A stretch of DNA of 64,000 nucleotides from Fimicolochytrium jonesii. Taxonomy: Eukaryota. This document shows positions 1-11,352 of the stretch, in pieces (position 1 is the stretch's first letter; every line of letters begins with the position of its first letter). Location of the stretch: the NCBI RefSeq assembly GCF_025526975.1, contig NW_026515673.1:620001-684000 (forward strand), given 5' to 3'. The notes beneath the pieces are model-generated. The model was not told where the DNA came from. It saw nothing but the letters and a program-made list of their open reading frames with translations, and did no database searches. Made by a program: the position numbers and the translations under genes.

Positions 1-33
1 CCAAGGTCACAGGTTCGACCCCTGTGCGGAGCA
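1..33 (+). tRNA. tRNA-Ile(AAT), 3' part (truncated by window edge)
   Basis: CCAAGGTCACAGGTTCGACCCCTGTGCGGAGCA is identical to the 3' 33 nt of the complete copies at 10555 and 11279. T-rich tracts follow. Confidence 0.9.
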
Positions 34-328
34 GTTTCCTTTTGTCCTTTTTCCTCACATGTCTCGTCGTTTTGCCGAGTAGTCGACCATACGGAGAGTG
101 TGTACATATACAGAGTATGTAGGGAGCCTCGGTCGAGATTGGCTCCTTGTGGTACAGTATGTGATGAAATTATGTCCAAAATGATGAAAAAGATGTCTTA
201 TGTACATGACGGAACTTTGTCCCGTTCATTTTGAAAAGTTCATCAGAGGCCCCTAATTACAAACTCCTCCCACGTCTTGTCCCAAAGGAGCTTCGCCCCC
301 ATCTCAAGTGCGAGCTGGGCCTCAACAG

Positions 329-3300
329 CTAATCATCTATCTCCGAAGTTCTGACGACCTTGGAGAACCCAGCCATGTTTTGTTTAGCGTCTTCATCTTT
401 CATGAGACTCAGTTTCTCCCTATTCTCAGCCAGAAGCTCCAGCATCGGTGGTAAAGGGGTTGCTTTGGCGAGAACTTCGAACACTGAAAGGACAATTGTG
501 TTTAGTGCCATGTTCGTGGGCATGAAGCCCTTTGGACGCAATCCACTGATGGGCTCACTGTCACGGAACTCACTCGGTAGACACATATAATCAATGAATC
601 CAATCTGACTTTGCGGGATGTTGATCTTCTCTCGGTCCATGAACGGACTAACTGGCATCCCACGCCGCCTTTCTTCGTCACCTTGATTCAGGAATTCCAA
701 GATCAATCGATTGAGCCATTCGAAGTAGACGGGCCACTCTCGAGACAGATTAGACACATCGGCGCATTTGATGGCCATTTCCAGGAAAAGATTCCTGTCC
801 TCCGTATTGTTGGCCGGGTCGAAGGCGCCCGGTGCTGAAAGCTAAGAATCGGTGCATTAGCTTCATAAGCCTCACACCGTTAGACCACAGTATTGGGACT
901 GCACCAACCTTGTTTTTGAACATGGCAAGCTTTGTGAAATGGTTTGTCACGTCCGTCGCAAGAACCATCGAAATCACAAGCTCTCTAAACTTGTGAGCGT
1001 CATCAAGCGAGAAGTTCTCCACGATATTCGTATCCTCTTGATACATAATGGAAAATGCTGTGGCCAAATGGTGATTTTCGAGGACAGATCGATCGTTGTA
1101 CAGTACTGCAAGTGGGTCATGAGTTTCGATGAGAAACTTGTTATTCAGGCCGGGATGGTTCACATCTGTAAAACAACGTCACTCGTCAGTCATTAGGTCC
1201 CTTACGCATTGGCGGAAAGCCAGAGCACTCTTGCCATGGATTGCCGCTGCGATATATGAGGCGAACAGCTCCAGATCGGAGAGATTGGTATTGCTACAAA
1301 GAAGTATACAGTGCAAGCCGTGCAGTACATCGCCGGCGTGTATGGAATTATGATCTGAGAAGGTGACAGCGATTAGCCGCTGAAAAGCGTCGCCTATGAG
1401 GCCTGAACATGGTTGTCGCATACTCACATGGCACATCTGGATGGTACAAGTTTTCAACTTCCTCTAGGAATCGGTGTAGTTTCACTGCTGGTATTTGAAG
1501 TCGATCGGCAAGCCCGTCAGCCCGACACAAGTGCATTGCCATTGTGGACAATACTCTGCTGGGCATGACTTTTTCCAACTCAAAGATCGCCCAGTTCCAA
1601 TCATCCATTCCTTCGCATAAAGAATTTCGCCGAGCCATGCTGATCCTTGGGAGGCCAGGCTTATGAGGGGCGGTCGGTCGACCTCGCCGTGGAGAGGATG
1701 GATTAGACGGATCACGCATATCCACGACGACATCGATGGATGGCAGGGGTGCTGCGCCAACCCATGATATCGAATCAACCTGTGGTCTTCCTCTATCGTC
1801 CGATGCTTGATTGAGGGCTATACGGTGGGAAGATGGTGGAAGAGCAAATGAACCCGAATGTGTCATTGAGGCTGAGGGACCGTCCGGTGTGCCCTGACGA
1901 TCCGTCGGAGAACTCAAATTGTCGTGAGAGTTTAGGAAGACATAGCTAGCACCCATGCTCCAGTTCCGTGCATACATTGCCCCTCCCCCGCCAAGTCTCG
2001 AAGTCATCGGGGGCTGCGTGCGGTGCCCTGGCTGTTTTCGACGATGTCCAAGCTGATCCGAGAGCATTTGCAGGAGCCATTGCTACGAATTGAGGAGCAG
2101 CACACGCAGACATGAGAAATGAGGCTTGAGAACTTCTGAAACGACGTGCAAGAAAGATCCCATCTCCTCACCTCCTGATCTTTGTTCACTCCAACTAAAC
2201 CCCCATGTAGTTGTTGCTCCAGATTGGGAGTGAATAGCTTATTTGAGTTCCCTAACCATCCCAAAGCTTTCGCTAGATGATCAAAGGAGCTCTTGTCCAG
2301 TCTGGGATTTGCCATCACAGACTTTATTGTGATGAGCGCCTTCTCCAGCGGTGTTTCCAGATCGGCCATCTGCTCGCTCAATTGTCTTTGGAGCCCCGCT
2401 AAGCGATCCTTCAATCCGGCGTTCATGTACCTCAGTTCTGTCTCAGCAATATATCGTCTTCGCTCTTCCTTCTCGTTGTCTCGAACATGTATCAGAATGG
2501 TGAAGGTACCCACGAAGATGTACAGGAAAGCGCAAACTGACGAGCCCAGCAGCTTTGATGCAAATCGCGTCCATAAAATGGCGACGACTGCAATCAGGTT
2601 GATCACCACCAGAAGCAGTGTGCAGTGAAACGGCAAAGAAGTCACCATGGGAATCACTACAACTGCTGTGAGGTCGAGTAGCGAATAGAACATCGCGTCG
2701 CCATCCGGATCCACGATAAAGGAACGTATTCCTGCAAAGCTATGCGTTTAGCATCTCAACATGGCTTCACATCATCTCAACGTGGCTCCTCTGAAGCTAA
2801 ACCGCTTACCGAGAGACGCTCCCGTGGCCCAGATGGTGGTGAATGTCCAAATGTAATGTATGTAGTGGCTCAGCTTGTCGGGATCCATGAAGCGTAACAG
2901 GAAGAAGACGCCCAAATATGGTACAACACACCCCGCGAAGAGGAGTATGATTTCGATCACCCATGGGTAATCCGCCTTGCTGCCAACCAGTAGAAAATTG
3001 GGATGAGGAACGTTGATGGAGATTAGGGAGGGCAGCATTACCTACTTGGCGGCCAATCTCTGCTCGTCCTGGCAGTAACCCCATTCATCTATGTTGGCAC
3101 ATGGCCCAAGTTCTCCAGTGAGGCCTTTGGTGAAGAAAAGGGCAAAAAGCACGAGGGTCCAAAAAAACATGGCCCATATCGTTATGGCCCAACGATCGCG
3201 ATGTTTTGCCCAGATCCATCTTTCGTATTTTCGCTCTCGCTCAAGATCGGCGAAGCGTAGGGAGAATATTCGCCGCCAATCCTGAAGATATGAATAACGG

Positions 3301-3431
3301 GATTCTCTCCTTCCTTGTGAATCGCTGTATTCCGGATATATCGTGCCCTGAGACCCATGGAGGTAGTGAGATCTTGTTCGCGAATCCTTCATCCGGCCGA
3401 TCCGACCACCGCTGCGAGTTTCCAAGTTCAT
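329..3431 (-). CDS. Multi-exon class I 3',5'-cyclic nucleotide phosphodiesterase with an N-terminal ~6-TM membrane domain
   Basis: Spliced PDEase-I motifs HNSIHAGDVLH, AAAIHDVNHPG, SVLENHH, LATD, KCADVSN, EFLNQGDEE and SQIGFIDY. Hydrophobic helices occur in ORFs 3042-3431, 2772-3038 and 2004-2714. The start codon is uncertain. Confidence 0.9.
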
Positions 3432-4118
3432 GAGTTTCGAGTCGCGTTACTACAGTATATCGATTTCTGGCGGGCCCGAAAGCAAGCTCACCTAGGATCG
3501 GCCCCGAAAGCAGCACTGTTCAGAATTCGCGAGCCCCAGCCCACAGTTTGTGGCTCGGGACCTCCTTCCTTCTTGAACATTTCCTCCCGGCGACGGAAGT
3601 GGTTTCCTGGGTTTGGCCGATAACGCGTGCACCATGAAAGTGCGAGGATGAAATACGTAGTAACCGATGAGGTCAAGAACTTGCGCTGTTATTCCTTGTG
3701 TTATTGATTAGCACATTCAAACCGCACTTGGGGTTGTGGGTCGTTCATTTGGGCTGCGTCCCAACCCCGGGGAACAATGGGAGCACCCTTCTCGCCACGG
3801 AGCTGGGATAGAATCCAGAGTTGTTGGCGAATATGTGGGTCGGAGCCACAATTGAATGCTTACGTAACTCTCCAAACGTAACTCCGACATCTAAAGTCTC
3901 GGAGACGCTCCGGTAAGGGCTCAAGCCCTCGATGCCTCGATGGTAAATTGCGGATATGGTTCTGGTGTTGGCAGAGGTTTACTGTATGTCATGGAAGACA
4001 AATATATGACACCATGGCCATCTGATGATTGTTTAACGTCTGGGGCTTCACCACTTCCCAATTCAATCTCGTGAATTCAAACTTCTTCACAACAGAAACA
4101 GCGACGAGACGATCGAAC

Positions 4119-7071
4119 ATGGCGGCCTCTGCGGCGTCCATTGAAGAGTGCCTTCGGCACCTCGTATCGTTCAATGATCGGCTGCGTTTTCAGCAGTCTG
4201 CTCTGCAGGACCTCCAGCGCGAGATGGTAACGTAAACACAGATGTACTAACCTTCATGGTGAAGTGTGGATCACGGCTGCCGCATGCTCATGACGCCTTT
4301 TTGTTTAGAACGTCATCATGGTTCATGTACGAGGTCAAATCGACTCGGACGGCGCCCCTGGGCTGCACGACAGCGGCCAAATCAGGCATCCAACGACATG
4401 GTCGGGTCGGCAGATGTCCGATGACTTTTCTGATGCACCAATGGATGAGGCAGTCGAGCGGGCAATAAGCTTACATAGCATGGCCGTTTCGCAGAGCTTC
4501 GCAGGTCAGGAGCCCGGTGGGCTTCTGAAAGCTCTATCTGTGGCCAGCGCCCGGGCGTTTGGCAATGTGCTCCGTACTTCGAGAACAGACCGTGGACCGC
4601 TATCTGGTAGGAATAGCCCGGACTTCGCGCAGCGGCGGCCTAGTACAGACAGAGCCCATTTGCTGCTGAATGCTGGAAAAATGCTCGACCGGTTGGAGAA
4701 ACCTCTGAAGGAGAGTCAGAGCGGACAACTTTCAACGTACTCCTTGAGCTCAAAGTCATTGCCAGGGGCGAATGGGAGACCAGAAATAAGTAAGTTGTCC
4801 GGAATTGTAAGAATTTGGAAACACTTGCTGATTTGCAATTCAATCCGTACAGATAACTCGACTTCGCCAATGCAGCCAGATGGTCAGTGCTGAGAGTGAT
4901 GTCCCTCCACTGCATATGCTTGAGGGGAAACTAAAATGTAAGCCTCTCTTTCAGTTGAGAACAACATCTCGTGGCGCCCAGGTCGCTCCGCGAGTCACAC
5001 GCGGATGGACCGCAAAAGCAAGTCGGCCGTCTTTGCTTTGCGTAATCGACCACCAGACGCTGCCGCTATAACGGAACCTGTGGCACCGCCAGCTCTGGTA
5101 GTTTCTCCTCCAGTGGTCAAAGCACCTGCTCCGGATCTTGTCCCGAACGGCTCTCCTCCAGAACTAGCTGGCCATAACCGGGCTGTCAGCGCATATATTC
5201 GATTTGGAGCTGTACCTCGGTTCAATGAGTTTCGAGTCTACCTGCCGGCCGCGGAGTTTGACGCCGGGCTGAAAAAGGTCAATATCGAGAATCCGTCGCT
5301 ACTGCTCCACCCGCGGTCGACATTCGTTGTGGCATGGGATATACTACTATCTTGTAAGGGGGCAAATTTATGGATTCGGGAAAAACTGCAAGACAGCTAA
5401 CCATCATTCTCATCCTTTGCAGTGATTTTATTCAGCATAGCGTACTTGATCCCTGTCGGGATATCCTTCGATTCGGCGCAAATGCGTATTGAAAGCTTCG
5501 CGATTTCGCTTACAGCGATTTTCTTCCTTGACGCCGTCTTCAGCCTGTGCCAGCTGACAACGAAGGAAGGCCTCCCTGTGCCAGCGCGACTTTCCATGAA
5601 GCGCTATCTGTCTCGCAACGGATTATTTGACTTGATTACGATACTGCCCTTCGATAGGTTCGTGGAGCAGAAGTCTGGCGCTTCAGCTACGGATCTTGTG
5701 TTCATCCTTCGTCTACTGCGTCTTCGACGAATGGGCCCGATCTTGATGACGAATCCGGTGTATGGCAGCATCAGTCTGCGAATGCAGAGTACCTTTGGTG
5801 TGGGCGGCAGCTTCATGAGCGTGTGGCTTTTTGGCGGCTTGCTGATAGTGTACCTACACCTGTACGGATGCGGAGTCTTTCTTGCTGGAAAGCTCACCGA
5901 CTTTCAGAGTTGGGACGGGCCGGAAACGCAGAGTATCTTGAAGAAGGAATTTGGAGCTCAATACACCTGGGCTGTCTTCGTCGCCATCGGGAACACTTTC
6001 CCCATCACGGGCTTTCGGTAGGAAACGCAAGTATGAATACATGCCGCAGCAATGTGCTGAAAATTTCATTCGAACAGGCCCATAACTCCCTATGAGCAGT
6101 GGTCAACAATTGTTACGTGTCTCATTGGAGCCCTTCTGTACGCATCGCTTGTTGGTTCTATCTCCTCCTTCAGTTTCGGACTGGATTCATCAGGGCGACT
6201 CTATAAGCAAAAGATGGACGAAGTGAACGAGTATATGAGCTACAAGCACCTTGGACCCGCCATGAAGAATAAAGTCCAGCAGTACTTCCAGCTGAAGTAT
6301 AGAGGGAAATACTTTGATGAAGCGGCGATTATGGCAGAGCTCAACGATAGCTTACGACAGGTGACCTATAGGAGACAGTAGGGATATTGATAACTTTGCT
6401 CATCGTCTGACTGCCGCGGCCTACAGGAAATCACAATTCACAACTGCCGCGATCTTATTGCAAAAGTGAGCTTTCTTTCTCGAAATGTCGGGGACGGACG
6501 AGATATGACGTTTTTAGGGCGCATTGCTGGCGCCCTGAAAGCTGTTTTCTTCATTCAAGGAGACACCATTTTTGAGCAAGGCTGGGTATGAGCTTTCAAG
6601 TCACGTATTGCTCTTGCGGTAGCGAAAATACTGACCGAATCGCCACAGGTGGGAAATGAGATGTTTTTCATTCTTTCCGGCACTGTTGAGATCCTCGTAG
6701 GAAATGGTATCCGGGTCGGGCAACTGTCCGATGGCGCCTTCTTCGGGGAAGTTGCAATCCTTGCAGAATGTCCTCGGACGGCAACGATTCGCGCGACGGC
6801 AGATACCGTTGCGTACCAACTGAGCCGAAAGGATCTGGAAGCCATTCTGGCGGACTTCGAGGACATGGCGGTCAAGATTCGCTTGGTTTACGAGGAGCGG
6901 ATGGCCAAGGTCCGCAAGGAGAAAGAGATGAAGGAAGCTGCGGAAAAGGAAGCCGCTCAGAAAGCCTTGCAAGAAAAGATGGACAGGGACATCATGGGCT
7001 CTTCCCAGGTGGGTGCATCATCCCTAAGAAGGTCAATGTCATTGATGCGTACTACAAGACAGCCTGTCTAA
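4119..7071 (+). CDS. Multi-exon HCN/CNG-like cyclic-nucleotide-binding ion channel
   Basis: S1 entry LLHPRSTFVVAWD; S4 ILRLLRLRR; C-linker GLDSSGRLYKQKMDEVNEYM...FQLKYRGKYFDE; CNBD GNEMFFILSG...GAFFGEVAILAECPRTATIRA. GT-AG introns join the exons. Confidence 0.9.
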
Positions 7072-7665
7072 CGGCAATCTCGTCGTAGATGAGTCCAGAG
7101 GACAGCGTGTAACATCTTGTCAGTCCCGCCTTCTCCAGGCGCTGGTCAGGATGGGCAGTCACTATTCCCCGCTGCCTTCGTGCAAGACCTCACGTTGGCG
7201 CCGTATATCCGTAGTGGCATGAAGGCTGCACGAGACTAACCTTGTATATAGTGAGGTTATCATCCTCTCATATTCATTTCCAATGACATTGCATTTCAAA
7301 GAATATGTTCCACATACCTGAACATTAAATACATTTCTACATTTGCAGTTCACCCCTCCCTTACAATCAACTTCAGCCATTGAGCAGAAAAAAATCCATA
7401 TACATCGAAGAATCAATCCATCGCCCGGCGCGAAGTGACCGGACATGCATAGATAGCTACATAGAAGAACATGAAATATGGGATGGGTCTCGAAAAAGCG
7501 TATACGACATAAATACGTGGAAAAGATTGAATAACGCCGAATGCAGTCGATGAGGCGCAGGTAAAACGAGAAGTACGGGGATCGGTGCGATCCATGAGGC
7601 GCGAATGTGAGCGTGATATGGTCAGGTTTTCCCTGAGGCCAAGATTGGCCGCATACTTTGAGAGG

Positions 7666-9140
7666 TCAGAATGTCGAACCGACGTCTAGTTTCCTTTTCA
7701 TGTCAAGGTCCAGATCCCGAGCATTGATTTGACAAAGGCCTTTGGCTCGTTCGATCCTCGGCTCTGGCACAGGAAGCGATAGCGTCGGGCTTGAAGCCGC
7801 TGGTCGGCTTAGCAGAGCAGAATTGGCAATATGCTTTGCGGAAGTGGGCTGAGATCCACAATTTTCAGCCTCGGGGCTGGAAACGGGACTCGAAAGTCCA
7901 TCCATTGCAGCTGTGGGCCGTTTCCCTTTCCTACAAGTCGTCGGGCCGGTCTTTTCATGAAAGCCCCATAAGCCGCACTTGTACTCATTCTCGTTGAGAC
8001 GGAAGAAGCAGGTGTTGACCGAAAGGGCGTGGCGTACGGCATTCTTCCACTTTTTCAAGTTTTTGCGCGCGGCGAAGTATGGATAGGTCGAAATGATCAT
8101 GACGTATATTTCCGAGACACTATCAGGACGACAAACGTGGATGAGTTGCCATGCACATGTGGACGGGGTAATCGTGATGCATTGAACTCACAGAAGGAAG
8201 CGCTTTCCTGAAGACTTGAAAGCATTGATGATGAGATTTGCCCAAGAGATGTGTGGCCGTACCGCATTGGCATTGGCATCTGGCGTTGAGGGTTGTCTTT
8301 CGATCGACGATGTCGCCGGCGTGGTATATGGAGTGGATTGTCGATTCTTGGGAGACCGTTTTGATCGCAAAGGCCCATGCGGTGGCTCACCATCTTGGGA
8401 CGATCGCTCCTGGGAGGCCTGTGCGCTCGGCCAAAGGGCTGGCGAGGGCGCCAAACTCAACTCCGTGACGGCGACCGGTTCCGCCGTTGAAGTCCATAAG
8501 CTGTAAGCTGGGGAAGACACTTGTCTGGGCGAGTGCCACACGGCGTTTTCGGATTTTGCTGCAGTTGCTGGTCTCCGGAACAGAAAGTTCTTCCCCTGAT
8601 ACCAGAATACGGTCGCCGTATCGAGGATGATCGTTGACGTGTTCTGAGTGAAGGTATTGGATCCAAGCCTCAAACAGCCTGGGCCGATGATTCGAAGTTC
8701 AAAGGCTTCGTAGGTTTTGGACCAGCGAATGGAAAGATACTGAGTCGGACATGATGGTGAGCGAGTGCCAAGGTCGATATTGTATGACGGACCATAGCCG
8801 ATACTGAAATGATTGGGAGCGACATAAGACATTGATCTCGTTGACTGACAAGGCGTGACAACAAAGATAGGCTCACGCACCTGACAATCCTCTCATAATC
8901 GCCGTCTACGGCAATGTACTTGGTGACAGCCTCCTGAAGAGGCCGACGTGGTGGTGTGATTGGCGGCGACAAATCTTGAAATGGCGAAGCATTTTGGTAT
9001 GCGGCGGCCGCCAGCAGCAGAGAGAAGCCGTCCACCCCTTTGCCGCTATGGGATGCAAGACATTCTGGATGCGTTGTAATGGACAAAGGCTTCGTGAATG
9101 CTGGGCGCCGTCCGGTTGAAGTGGCGTCTATGCATTCCAT
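7666..9140 (-). CDS. Forkhead (winged-helix) transcription factor with probable FHA-like domain
   Basis: RPHISWANLIINAF / EIYVMIISTYPYF...WKNAVRHALSVNTCFFR...GLW across an intron at ~8121-8192. The upstream beta-rich segment (FSIGYG...IDLG...YLSIRW...FELRIIG) is FHA-like. The start is approximate. Confidence 0.8.
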
Positions 9141-10043
9141 TAGGAATAACAGATGCATCAGATACTTAAGGGCGCGATTCGAGCGAAGGTGACATACCTT
9201 TGTCTGACACAAGATCGTTGATGGAGATCATTGGGAGCGGTAGTTGCGGGGGATGCAGAGTGATCAGCACGTATTGAAGACCGCGCAAGTGGCTGATGAT
9301 ACATTTTGCAGTGGTGCGTGCCTACCCTCTCAGCTTTTTGTAGGGCTTCAACTGCAACGTAAGATGTAGCGCATGCTCCTCTCCAGACCGCAGCGAGTGG
9401 CGCTCTGCAAAATTCTTGCCCAGCACCGTACGAGAAAGCCCTTCCTTCCATGACCCATGAGTCACTATAATGTGGGTCCTTCAGATTTGAAGTATGCACC
9501 TTTTTTCACGCCGGTGGCGAAAAGCTACGAGACTTTCGGTGGTTGCCTGCTTTCTGGCGGCTTCAAGAGCCTGCATTAATGTTACCCGCCCATCCCCATT
9601 TGACGTTTGTTCTTCCGGGGCGTTGCCCATACGCCGCTAGTTGGAAGGTTTCTGACCTTAAAAGCGGCCCGCCGAAACGGGTGCCCCGGACCTGTCGTGA
9701 GTCGTGACGACGAATCAAAACTCGGACCCATGTATGTGCTATCAAGGGCGCTCGCGATCCGTCTGCCGCAACGCAACAATGCAAGCAGATGGCATCTAAG
9801 GTTCATTGGCATACGACGGCCAGGCGCGAAACTCGGATAGCTAGAAGTTCGTCGATCAACGTCGCAAGGGGTTTCATTCAGATTTTGACGGGGTCCTGAC
9901 GCTTCCCGCGCTTCTTTCTTCTTACGCGTTTCGCGCTGAAAGAGCGAACGAACTCCGCTGACGCGTATCTCTTACGTGAAATAGCGACACTAGCGAAGTT
10001 CAAACTTGAGCTTAACGTTTGGACCGTTGAGCGAACTAGACGC

Positions 10044-10082
10044 GGGGACGGGGGGGGGGGGGGGGGGGAGGGGGGGGGGGGG
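10044..10082 (+). repeat. Poly-G tract (potential G-quadruplex)
   Basis: GGGG-AC-G19-A-G13 seen directly. Confidence 0.85.
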
Positions 10083-10554
10083 ACCACGGAAGAGCAAGGA
10101 CGTTCGTGTTTGTCGTTCTCCACGTTGGTACCGTAAGTCGAAGTCGGAGGATCTGGCGGTTAAGATGGTAGAGATTGACGCTAAGAACCTTGGAGCCTTC
10201 ACCACACGTTTGAGAAGTGGGATAGGTCCTTGTGAGCGGTAGGACAGAAGATCCTTTCTTCAACCCCCTCCGTTGTTGTCTCGGAGTTGTGCTGGATGGC
10301 CCCTCAAATGCGCCGAACCTCTATGCTTGCATCTGGCTCCCACGAGGAAAATCGGCAACTGTAAAAGTTGAATGATAATATTCATTGTAGGAATTTGTAG
10401 GAATAGGAACGGATGAAAGTACGAGAGGTCTCCTACATGCTTCCTGGACTGGACTTTTGGAGATCTGCGAGAAAGATCAATAAACCGATGACTGATTGAT
10501 CGAACACCAAAATATATTGATTATAAATATTGCCAAGCAAGGCCATATATCGAA

Positions 10555-10628
10555 GCTCCGCTAGCTCAGTTGGTCAGAGCGTGGTGCTAATAACGCCAAG
10601 GTCACAGGTTCGACCCCTGTGCGGAGCA
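10555..10628 (+). tRNA. tRNA-Ile(AAT)
   Basis: Acceptor stem GCTCCGC/GCGGAGC, D-arm AGCTCAGTTGGTCAGAGC, anticodon loop CT-AAT-AA, T-loop GGTTCGA. An oligo-T Pol III terminator lies downstream. Confidence 0.97.
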
Positions 10629-11278
10629 CTATCTTTTTTTCGATTTCACCTCTTCTCGTGGTGTTCTTAGGAAATGCTAAAGCGACATCGGCTTTAGAAC
10701 CACCCCTTCTGAGCTTCAAACGACAGCCTTCCGCTCTAGCCGGCGGCTAACTGTTCTTTTGGCCACCCACTGTAGAGAGATACCTCAGAGCCGGAGCGAG
10801 ACCTCTTTTGCAATTGCGGACAAGTTACATTCACATACAATTATGTTCACACTGCAGCATCCTACTCTCCATAAGGATATAGCCTTGGCGGGTTTCACAG
10901 AGAGGACGCTGAGATGCGGGAAGGGCACCCGCGGGTTGACTTCATGTGCCCCTCAAGAGGCAGCCCGGCAGCACGACACGTACTGCAGTGCGTGGCGCAT
11001 GGTTATCCTTCCCACTTCCACTTTCAATGCCGAAGTCGCGGTCCACATTTTCAAAACGAGATGGGTCGCGGCAAGTGCTCGTTGACGACTTGTTGTGCTT
11101 CTTGCCACGGGTCTTGGGTCCAAAGGGGCCTGTGAAAGCAGGCCAAGCAACTCCTGCTGGGTTTCTTGTGGCAAGGAGCTGAATACGCTTGGAGAGGATG
11201 TTCTCCTTGCTGTTGATGTTGGATGCACCAAAGCTTGAAAAGCATGAGATTTAACGTATTGAAGGACTAATCATCGAA

Positions 11279-11352
11279 GCTCCGCTAGCTCAGTTGGTCA
11301 GAGCGTGGTGCTAATAACGCCAAGGTCACAGGTTCGACCCCTGTGCGGAGCA
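11279..11352 (+). tRNA. tRNA-Ile(AAT)
   Basis: Identical to 10555-10628 and followed by a long T-run. Confidence 0.97.

Noticed and set aside
2500..3431. Rhodopsin-phosphodiesterase interpretation of the TM-PDE
   Set aside because: No microbial-rhodopsin motifs (helix C RY.DW, helix G D..AK retinal lysine) are visible.
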